Assembly: GCF_018350175.1 (NCBI RefSeq)
Contig: NC_058368.1
Span: forward strand, 140,928,001-140,992,000
DNA length: 64,000 nt
Reading direction: 5' to 3'
Source of the DNA: Felis catus
Lineage: Eukaryota
The notes under the pieces are model-generated. The model was given only the letters and a program-made list of their open reading frames with translations. It did not search any database and was not told the origin of the DNA. How positions within the stretch are numbered: the first letter of the stretch is position 1; the number at the start of each line of letters is the position of its first letter. The translations under genes and the position numbers were made by a program. Of this stretch, positions 13,441 through 24,600 are shown in pieces.

Positions 13441-16400
13441 CAGCTAAAATGTAATTAACCTGTCTCTAATTTTTTTCAATGTTTGTTTATTTTTGGGAGT
13501 TCAAGTGTGGTCCAAGTGTGACCCCTCATTAGAGTGACCAATGTTTATTTATTTTGGGGGAGGAGCAGAGAGAGAGAGGCAGAGGATCCGAAGCTGGGTC
13601 CACACTGTCAGCACAGAGCCCAACGTGGGGCTCAAACTCACATACTGTGAGATCATGACCCAAGCCGAAGTCAGAGGCTTAACCACCTGAGTCACCCAGG
13701 CGCCCCTAACCTGTCTCTTTCTAAAAGTTACTTTACTCATCCACACACATCCCTGTGCATTTATACCACTTCACTAATTTATCAAGTTAATCTTACACTC
13801 AAATAGTGTAAGTTAGAGGTCCTCTCTAACCCTAATGAGCTGCATAAACACCAAATGTTGTCTTTCTCTTTTAGGGTTTTGGCATATATCAGATGAGCCT
13901 TAGTTTATTCATAACTGTGTTATATCAAGATACATTTAATGGGAAACTAAATACCATGACTGTTTAATCAACATGTGATGATAACAAAGAAGTGGTTAGG
14001 CCCACATTCTGTCCTTATTCTTCCAGAGACTGTTTCAACAAATTAATGCCATGACTTTTGTGATTAAAGAATCCTTCATTGTGATCTCCCATTAAATTCT
14101 CATGGACTAAAGCAAGGCAAAAAGTCCATGTACTATAATCAATGATAGGATCATGTCCAGGCCCTGTCTCAAAACATCAAGAAGGTAGATATGTATTCTT
14201 GGCACTCTGATACGTCCTTTGCTTAATTTTAATTTTCTGTCTTATATTCTTAAATACTTTTAATTATTACAAGAGAAGTCAATAGCTATTGCTCTATCTT
14301 GGGGAGAGAAGGGCAGGGAGGGAAGAAGACTCTTCCGGAATCATGATGCATTCAGTCGGCAACCCACACCTCAAGGACAAGTGTGCAATGCTTCTAGACA
14401 TGCACTCTGCTGGGGTGTCCAGTCTAGGACCCCCTCAGTCCTCTCCCTATCCAAGGGGTTCCCGGGTGTCTTGGGAGTATTGTATGCACTGGGCAGCAAA
14501 GTGGGGAGAAGGGGTGGTCTGCAAGGCCTCCTAGGTGATCAGTGGGGAGAGAATGCAGTAGCAATGGAGTCCTCATGGATTCCATGGGAAGACAGTTACC
14601 AGAGTCCTCTGGTGCAGGTGGTGGAGACATTCCCTTGAGTCAAAGCAGGGCAAATGACAAGTGATGATGGCTCAGTTTCCAAGCAGTTCTTGGGCCCTGC
14701 GTCCATAGCCTTCATGGTGGTCCTTCCTCGGATCTACCTGCCCAGCTCTTCCAGGCCAGTGTGCACTCTCTCTTCTAGAGCAATGTTTCCTTGCTCCCAA
14801 CCCAGCCCCTAAACCTATCCTTTAGTTTAGCTCCTTAACTTCTCTAAGGACATTTCCTTTACTTTATTTTCTCTGATAATTTTTAGCACTTTTGTCCTTT
14901 AAGCATAACTTCCATTACATTTTTAGACTTGTGGTTCTTTGGGATAAATTGCATTCAATGGATGATATGTCTCTAGTGATAGAGTAATCTTGTTTTATAA
15001 TTAAACTTTTATGTGATTTCTTAAGCACTGTCTATCTCTCCCACTAGACTGTAAATGACAGTGAACTCGCTCTATTTTCATTCACCATTGTACCCCCGGA
15101 GAGCCCAGTAGTGTGCCTGGAACATAGCTGGTGTTCCCTAAATATTTGTTGGACAAATAGATGTTGCCCAATTTTGCTTTTAAAGCCCACCTTGATGATT
15201 TTTTTAAATGTTTATTTATTTTAGAGAGAGAGAGTTGAGGAGGGGCAGAGAGAGAGAGAGGGAGAGAATCCCAAGCAGGTTCTGCTTGCACTGTCAGTGC
15301 AGAGCCCCCCGGCTCGAACTCATGAACCATGAGATCATGACTTGAGCCAAAAATCAAGAGTTTGGTGCTCAACTGACTGGGCCACCCAGGTGCCCCCATA
15401 TTGAGGATTTTGTTCATATTTTAGAAATAAAGATGAAGGAGAATATTGGCTGAACCATACTAAAGACCCATGTCTTCTTCTGTGTCCCCAAAGTCTCCAG
15501 TTCTTACCCAGACAAGTTAAAGCTTTATCACACATGACTGTTTCATTGATGGGTTATGGCACCCGGAATAGTTGTGTTGAGGATTATGAAGGATAGGGGG
15601 AATAAGAAGAAAGAGAAGCATTGAGGATTTTGAAGTCAAGCCTGGCCTCAATAGGATCCTTCTATCCTTCTGGTTTGCTTTCCTTAGGGTGTGGTGTTCA
15701 TGTTCATGATTGCTTCATGGTCACAATGAAGCTGCTTTACCTCCAGCATAATCACCACTTTCCAGATAGGGAGAATAAAAAAGACAAGGGCAAAGACAAA
15801 AGGTTGAATCTATCATTTTTTTATTGGAAAGCAATAGTTTCACAGGGACCTTGCCTCTAGACTTCTAATTACACCTCATTGGTCCTAAGTATGTCACATG
15901 GTCACCCAGCTGCAAGGAAGGGTGAGAAATACAGGTATTAGGTATTGTTGCTACACTAAACAAAATTTGGGTTCTCTTGTAAGAAGAAAGGAGAATGTCT
16001 ATTGGATTGACCACTAGCAGTGTCTGACACACACACACAAAAACATTTTAAAGTTAAATCCAGGAAGGGTTTAAGTCCCATGATCTTTGAAGGCAACACT
16101 GTGAATGAAGTCAACATTCTGAATAGAAGTTTTTTACAGGCTCAGTCTCAGGACAAAGATGTTTATGTTCCCAGCATTAGACAATTAGACATAGTTCAGA
16201 ATAGGTTGGCTTGAGTGATTTTAAAGGATTAGCCAGACACCTTCTCACTTATGCTGTAGGATGCCTGAAAGTCACCACCAAGCAATGAACGGCCTCAAAA
16301 GAATTTAGCAGGATGCATAGTTGCTAGTTTTTGCATTTTTTATCAAATTTTAACACTAACAATTCCTGACCTGATGACCAGGTGCATTCAAAGAAGCACT

Positions 16401-19400
16401 GTTCAAATAGCCTAGAATAGCCTAAAATCCCTAACCTTCAACTTGCACACCTTGAAAACTATTTAAGGGGAATCATTTCATACTACCCAGCAACAGCTCA
16501 GGCATCCCTTATTCTCTCCAGTTCGCTTCCAGATTTTGTTGTATTTTACAAAAGTATCAATCTACATGGATTGGAACTTTTTTTTAATGGTCCTTCAAAG
16601 TGGAGTTTGAGAAAGTACTGTTTCAGTCTAAAGCATTGATTTTGCATCTTGAAAACCTAGAATTGGTCCAGTGGAGACAGATTCTCCTTATAGTCAGCAT
16701 TCTGAATATCAGTGATTTGTGTGGGGAGTAGTGATTTGGGTGGAGAAGGGGCACATGGGAAAATTTACAATATGGTAATTTTTTTAATGTTTATTTATTT
16801 ATTTATTTATTTTGAGAGAGCAAGAGAGACTGAGTGCAAGCAGGGGAGGGCAGAGAGGGAGAGAGAGAGAATCCCAAGCAGACTTTGCACTGTCAGTGCA
16901 GAGCCTGGTGTGGGGCTCGAACTCACAAACAGCAAGATCATGACCCAAGGTGAAATCAAGAGTCAGATGCTTAACCAACTGAGCCACCCAGGCGTCCCTA
17001 CAATATGGTAATTTTTAAGTTCAGGGTACAATCATAAAATGAAGGTGCAAAATGCAAGTATTTCAGTTGGGGATGGAGAAGAGGGGCCTGCCTCGTTTCC
17101 TTTGGCCTCCTTCCTTTACCATCACTCCAGTGTTTTAGTGTTACACCCACTCATTCTTTCCTTGGGTCTCCAGTGGGTGGAAATAGGTAATGGTCAATTG
17201 ACCAAAAGTAATATGGAGCAATAAATTAGAACTATTGAAATGCTATGGCTCCCCAGATATTCTTTTGTGACATCAAACAGTAGGATCAGATAAGAGAGTT
17301 TGCTACCCATTGGATCCAAGATAAATTATGACAGGTGAATGTTCATTAAGTATAGAATTGATGACATTCTAAATGAAATTGGATATAAATCAAGTTTTAC
17401 ATACTTGACAATATTCTTCTGTTGCAGGATATAGGAATATCTCTGGTACTTGGACTCTAGCCTGCTGAAACTTACAGGTTCCTGGAGTGGCTCTAGATCA
17501 GGTTGAGTATCAGTTAGTTATTGCTACATAAAAAATATCCCCAAACTCAGTGGCTTCCAGTAAACATAATTTATTATTTCTCACAAGCCTGGGGTGAGGG
17601 GGGCTCTGGCTGATGTCTGCTGGGATTGCCAACTGTCTAAGGGTTTCCTGGGATCTCTGCTATAGGCTGACTTAGCTGGATTATCTTAGCTGGAACGAAT
17701 CTGTTCTATGTGTCATTTATCCCCCATCTAAGACCAGCAGACATACCTGAGTATGTTCCTCTCTTGGCAATGGAAGAAATCCAAGAAAGCAAGCAGAAAT
17801 ACTAAGGCCTCTTGAGATGTAGGCTCAGAACTAGTCCACTGTTCTGGAAATCACCTCACTCAACTAGCCAAAGCAAATCACATGGCCAAATCCAGATTCA
17901 AAGGTGGAGGGGAGTTTCTGACTCTTTAGCAAAGGGAGCATACAGCCATTCTGGAAAACAATGTAGTGGAAATGAGTGAAATGTTCTCCCTAGGAACCAG
18001 AGGTCACATGCCTTGCTACATGTTCTGAAGAAATGAATGCACAGGCCAACAAAGTAGGATGAACAAGGGTTTCCATTGTGGTATCAATGGAGAATAATTG
18101 ATATCTCAATAGGAGATAACTTAGATGTTGACAACTAATGGATAAATTAAATGTGGTATACTTACACTTTGGAATACTACGGAGCACTTAGATGTATACA
18201 TAGCAATATAAATGAATTTTAAAAACATCTCTTAATGTGGAAAAATAAGAAACAATGTAAGATTTAAAACCAAATATGATTTATGTAAAATGAATGCACA
18301 CACAAAACATATAAGGATAGATTTATATGTAAAGACATATAGGAATGCCTGGCTGGCTCAGATAGAAGAGCATGGGACTCGATCTTGGGGTCATGAATTT
18401 GAACCCCATGTTGGGTGTAGAGATGACTTAAAAAAAAGTAAATAAACTTGAAGACATATAGCAGACACATGAGAGTGGTTACCCATTGGCAGAAAGGAGG
18501 TAATGGGACTGGGGACTGAGGATATAGAGTGACACTAGGAACCATTCACGGGCCAATGTTGATAATGTGTCGTGAACTAAGAACTATGACTAAAATCTGA
18601 GGTACAAAATAATGACTAAGAAAAAAAACATTACAAAAGTAAAATGAAATTGTGAAGAGCATCACGTAGTATGCTTCTCTAGGGCACTGGCCCTGCCCAC
18701 TATAGTAAGTAACTGTTGTTCTGAAAACTACCTGTGGTAAACACTGATGATCAACTACTCACCATATATATTCTCTCCCATTCTTATAGAACCCTTTATT
18801 ATTGGGAATAAACACAATTCCTAGCCACACTTGTAGCAAAGGTGGGTATTGAGATATAAACAGAAGTCATTGAGTGGAGCTTCGGGAACTTTCTCTTGTA
18901 CCTTGCTATCTTATACAATGAATTGACTGGAAGGGTGGAAATAATGCTCTGAAACTAGCAGAGCACAGAGACAGATAGAGCCTGGTTCCTGAAGACCTGG
19001 TAAAGCCACTATACCAGTTCTGGAAGCCTGTATCCATACATCTTTAATGTAATAGAATAAACTCCTAGTTTGTTTACTGTAGACTAACCGCTGTTACTAA
19101 CCTTAATGCAATTACTGACACACTAGGCTTCCTCTTTTTTTCTTTAAAAATGAAATTGTCATTCTTTTCTTCCAGACTAATGGTCAGAAGTTATAGAATA
19201 GCAGCATGATGAAGCCAGAATTTAGGCTTAAGTGGATTACCTTTAAGACAAATGAAAGAAACACTTTTTCAAGTTGTAGCTAATAAATATTTATTCATTC
19301 AATAGCTAATAGTTAACACTTGAAATTTCCCATCTGTCAAATGAGAACCTAGGAAGTGAGCTCTGTCTCAAAGCTACCTTATAGGTGGTATTCATGGGAT

Positions 19401-20308
19401 TTCTTACCCCCCAAAGGTGGACAGAGTGGAAGATACAGCTTTTATTTGAAAAGGTTTTGATAAATTATTGACCAGAGTCATAATGCATTAAGGTAAGTCT
19501 GATTTCTTGGTTTTTTTCGCAGGATATCTCTATTTTACATGAGGGAGGACATACTGTGCCTTCTCACTAAATATCCTTTGATGGCTAGGATATCACTGCT
19601 ACCTTGACATAGGGTGCCTTGTAGAAGGGCTCTTAGGGACTAAAGTATAACGTATGCAGGACTGAGAAAGGGGAGATCCCCACTGCAGAACTCACTGCCT
19701 GTGACTGAAGTTGTGGGCAGTGCAAGTGACAAAAAAGCACACTGAACTAGGACATCAAACGGAATTCTTTTGTTTGGCTGTGTTCAGCAAACACTTAAGG
19801 AAAGCTGCTCTGTGACAGGCACTGTGCTGGACCCTGGGCATAGTTGCTGACCTCCAAAGGTCTCAGGCACATCCTTCTGAGCTCAGGCTGTAATTCTAAT
19901 TGACCGTGGTGAAAGAAAGATACTTCAAGAGGCCCTCATCAGTTTAAAGGCTGGTGAACAAATGCCTGTTCTACACAGGTGAAGCCGCCCATAAATCCGC
20001 TGAAACAGAGCATTTTTCTCTCCCGTTTTCACAGGATATAGCTGCTTATTTTCTCACCAGAGATGTTCCTCTCTGCAACTCGGCTCAGCCTTAATGAATC
20101 TGCTTTCATCTCCTGGGGGCCTCAACTCACAAAATCAGCAGAAATGGTAAGTAAGCAGAGCATCCGAAAACTATTTTCTAGTCCTTGTCTGGCATTATCT
20201 CTGTAAACCATGACAAATTATTTCTGGAGTTTCAGTGTTCTCATCTGTGAAATGAGGAGCTAGAAAGTGGACTCTGTGCAAAAAGCGTGAAAACTTTTTG
20301 CTAGTAGG

Positions 20309-20788
20309 TGAAGGGGTTTAGGACAGTTACTGCCCCCCTCCCAATATGCCACTTTGCCATGTGGATTATCCTGAGCTGAAGTCACTTGAGGCCCTGAGAG
20401 CTTGAAGAAATTTTTGTCTTTCCTTACCCACAGAAGAACCTAAATTGGGTCTTTTCCAGAATAAGGGTTATTAACAGAGATAAATTTTATCCGAGTGAGC
20501 CATCTGCATGGTAGGGCAAACATCTAATTACCAAACATCGACCCCTTTTATCATTCTATGGAAGTGCATTCCTTTCCTCTTAAGTCCCAGACCTCTACCT
20601 TCTTTTTAGTTCAGAATGACATAAAAACCTCATTTTGCTTATCTTTGAAATTTCCTCTTCTATGTGCATTTCCCCATACCTACGCCTATTAAATTTGATT
20701 TTTCTCTTGTTAGTATGTCTCATGTGAATTTGATTCTTAGAGCAGCTATAAGGACCTTTGAGGAGACACGAAGTCTTGCTCCCTGACT
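20309..20788 (+). mobile_element. MER34-like ERV1 solo LTR
   Basis: Starts TGAAGGGG, contains CCCAATATGCCACTTTGCCATGTGGATTATCCTGAGCTGAAG (MER34-type 5' motif), CATAAAAA, ATTAAA (~20688), ends CCCTGACT; 4-bp TSD TAGG on both sides. Confidence 0.8.
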
Positions 20789-20799
20789 TAGGCAAGTGC

Positions 20800-21620
20800 A
20801 AAAAACGCAACCAGAGGAAGCGATCTTCAACCTAGCTTCCAGGGCCTCGCACACAGTTTCATACCGATTCTCTTCAGGCGCACAGAGAGGTTCGGTGGTA
20901 AGGTAGAGAGAATGCGCATGTGTCGTAAGGCCCTTCCCGGTTCCCGTAGTTTCCTTTTAGGCTTTGGCCCCGCCCACCACCAGCGTTTCCGGCTCGGCCC
21001 AGGAAGCTTCCGAGTTTCTGGCCACTGCTCTTCTGGCCGACCATTTCGCCAACGTTTTTTTCAGCTTTTTCGGTTGTGGGGAAGGTAGCTGCCAATAAAG
21101 TTTCCCCGTTTCAAAGTCTGGCGGATTGGGCCGGGCTCATCCTCTGTCCCCTTGCTTATTGCCCGCAGTCTTTCTAGGCTACTGGCAAGGAGCTTTAAGG
21201 TGTCATGGCCAGGGGCCGATCGGGCCCGGCCGGTCTGAGGCCAACTTCGGTTGCCCGCGGGCTCTCATGGCTTTTGGTCCCGCCGGCGACCACCTCAGCG
21301 TGAGCGCAGTCCCTCCACGCCCGCGGGCCGCCTGGCGCAAGACTCCATGGCCTCCGAGGCTCCGTCGCCTTCGCTGTCGCCGTCGTCACCACCCTCCCCC
21401 GAGCCTGAACTGGCCCAGCTGAGGCGGAAGGTGGAGAAGTTGGAATGCGAGTTGCGGAGCTGCAAGCGGCAGGTGCGGGAGATCGAGAAGCTGCTGCATC
21501 ACACGGAGCGGCTGTACCAGAGCGCAGAGAGCAACAACCAGGAGCTCCGCACCCAGGTGCGCGGTCCGCTTCCAGCCTCGTGCCCCATTGCACCCAAGGC
21601 GATGCCTCCGGAGCCTTTGA
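20800..21620 (+). promoter_or_regulatory. AGGF1: CpG island / TATA-less housekeeping-type promoter and 5' UTR of AGGF1
   Basis: Dense CpG and high GC against an AT-rich background. NRF1-like TGCGCATGTG (20913), GC box GGCCCCGCCC (20966), ETS-like TTTCCGG (20986) and CTTCCG (21007), CCAAT (~21092). The TSS cannot be determined from sequence. Confidence 0.85.
21347..21556 (+). CDS. AGGF1: AGGF1 coding exon 1 (coiled coil)
   Basis: tccATGg start; MASEAPSP...[30 protein letters not shown]...NQELRTQ; donor CAG|GTGCGC. Confidence 0.95.
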
Positions 21621-24600
21621 TAGCCTTGGAAGGGCTGCCTGGCAGGGGCCCAGAACTGCTTTATAGAGTTACCTGAAATAAAAGTTCAGTGCTGTTACAA
21701 ATCCCAGTACTTTTGGAACTAGCCTAAGAGTTTGGGTTCCTCGATTTAGACAAGTGCGTGAGCTGATGGTGGGAAGTGAACTTCATTACCTTAGTTTTTG
21801 TTCTCATGTGTAACGTTCCCTTGGCGTTAGGAACATTTATACTATTTTTTCTAGATCGTTTTTGAGTTTGTTAAAGCCCTGGCCTTGAAGTAGGATGCCA
21901 TTTATTACTCACTTGGTGTGAACTGATGTTGAGCCTCGGTTGGCCATAAAATGAGAATGTTGGTACCACACAAGCAAGTTAAGCGTGAGCAAATGGTTTT
22001 AGAGTTTTACACACTGTTGAACGCTATATATTTGCCAGGTTGTTATTCTGGGCATTTGCCATCTTGAGTTTTCTGGTGAAAGTAGGGAGGCCCATACTGT
22101 CTTTGTTAGAGACTTTAACCAGCTGACTTCATTTCCATAAAATGGAGTAAGCATAAATATTTAAGCAGTCACACTTCTTTTTTTCTCACTTTTAAAAACG
22201 AGCATATTTTTTTTCCTCAGCTTGGTTTGTTGGGCAGTTACACTCTCCCAACAAGTTATTTCCCTTTAATTATTAATGTCAGTTAAATTGTCTAGTTCTT
22301 TGTGATATACTGGTACATTTCCCAAAATTGCACATAAAGGCTCTACATGAAATGGTAGCAAACTTTGTTATGCTTTGTTATCAAATGATCTGTGAAAGTA
22401 ACTGCCGAGATGCAGTGACTTGTGTGTCCGTTGTATAGGTTGTTGATAGGACGTTATAGAAAATATATTTGTTTGCTCAGTAACTAGTTCTTGAACACTT
22501 AACATGAATGCATAAGGACTGTGCTAGGAGATTACTCAAATGGTTAAAATATGAGGGAAGGGGAGCAAAATATGACAGCCTTAAAAAAAAACCCTTTTAT
22601 AATTATAAATTGTTAAAGCACTGCTTGTTACAGAGATCTAAAAGAACATTTTTTAGTCTTCGAAGAGCCAGCATTTTGTTACTAGTATTAATTTGATATG
22701 GTGGTCTTAACATGAAAGTTGGAATGCATAAAAAACCTTGAGTCTACTGTTGATAGTAACTCCTCTTTACCCACCTCCTAGTGAGCCTCCCCTGGTGGTG
22801 GGTATGGTTTCAATGTTAACGGTCATCCCAAATCACTAGTATTTTATTTGGAGTGGCTTGAGAATTGAGGGTGAACTGATAAACATAATACAGGTTTGGG
22901 AGTCAAAAGAACTTTGTGCAAATTACTTTGTTCAGATTTCTCATGCAAAATGGTGATTAGGGTCACTATTTTGTAAGGTTTTTGGAAGAATTAATGAGAG
23001 GTTATCCAGAGTACTAAGTTCAGTGCCAAGGATGTAGCAAATACTAAGTAAATTATCTAGTAATAGTGGTAGTAGCCAGAGCCAGGACTGGGGCAAGGCA
23101 ATCAGTAACCCAGGGCAAAAAATTTAAGGAGTACTCATTGTGTGGTACAGACCCTCTACTTCTGTGAAGCTGAGAATGAGTGCCTCCTTAAATTTTGTGG
23201 TCTTGGTGCCTTGTTTGGTTCACTCTAGTTCCACTGGGTGGTACTAATAGGATCTGATAACTAATGAGGTGGCTAGATAATCTGTGTGTAATCAGATTAC
23301 CACCTTTGGCCTTTTAAGCTTTATGTGTCATTAAATATTTAACTTTTTCATTTTTTCTTTTTGTTTTTTAGTTTTATGCCTATAATAGACGTTGTGTCAC
23401 ACTGAGATCTTTCCCAAATGAGATGTATTTATGGGATTGCTTCTCATCTGCTTATGGGTGTTTCCATACTGCTGCTGTGACCTTGGCATTCAGTGAGGCA
23501 CAGGAGGATAGATAGCCCCCTGAGGCACACCTCCATTCCCTTTTGCTGCAGTTACTTAGTCATGAGACTGTTTAAAGAACAGACTGTTTAAAGAACATGT
23601 CTGCTGTTTAAAGAAAAAAAGTGCATTAAAGCATATGAGTATTAATATATTTAGGTGAATGGTTAATTCCAGGTAGAGGACACTGAATGATACTAGATAG
23701 CTTCATCTGATGAGTAAGAATTAATGTTTTTTTAAATTAATTCTTTAGGGAGAACTGATTAAAATTTTAGTATAAAAACATTTGTATTGTTAGAAATAAG
23801 GGATCCTTTTTGAAAAGTCCTGTTAATTTAATTCATCTGATTTTTGGAGGAAATATTTTGAGATTTGGCAAGAGAGTATAAGAATAAAAACATCTCTGGA
23901 CTGCCTGGCTGGCTCAGTCAGAAGAACTTGTGACTCTTGGTCTCGGAGTTGTGAGTTCAAGCCCCATATTGGGTATAGAGATTACTTAACTAAAAAAAAT
24001 TTTAAAAACCTAAAAAAAAGAAAACATTTCCCTATGCAAATGTGAAAGGTGAAAGAAAGTCAGTTATAGCATTTTTTATTTTTATGAAAAGGGGACTAGC
24101 AGCTTTGGTGCTTCTCTAAAACTTTTACCAAGAAATACAATTCTTATAATTTCAGGAGCATGGTGTGTATATTATTAGGTTGCTATACGATTTATTTTCC
24201 TTAAGTCTTGTTTTCTTTTAGGTAGAAGAGCTCAGTAAAATACTCCATTGTGAGAGAAACGAGGATAATAAAAAGTCTGATGTAGAAGTACAAACGGAGA
24301 ACCACCCTCCTTGGTCAATCTCAGGTATTCAGCTTATAATGAAGTTATCTTAATGCTGTTACATTCACATCCTGCTAAGGCAGAGTTTTCTTTAAACTTA
24401 AAATAGACAAATATCGAAATAAACATGAGAACTGTTACATTGACTTCTCTCCATATGATTTGGTGTTTTCAGGTAATCTGTATGCTGCTCTGGTGAGAAA
24501 ATAGAAATGTCATTCCTGTAAATATGTAGTATTGCTAATATGTTTTCAGTGGCACATTAACTGAGTAATGTTTGCCATGCTGTGAACCATCTACTCATAT

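Noticed and set aside
21251..21346. N-terminal extension of AGGF1 from TTG at 21251
   Set aside because: Non-ATG start in modest context; the known protein begins at MASEAPS and there is no supporting evidence in the sequence
21195..21593. 132-aa antisense ORF over exon 1
   Set aside because: Expected stop-poor shadow of GC-rich coding and CpG-island DNA; no recognisable domain
24325..24335. U12-type (minor) intron
   Set aside because: Donor GTATTCAG does not match GTATCCTT; no intron has a U12 donor or AT-AC ends
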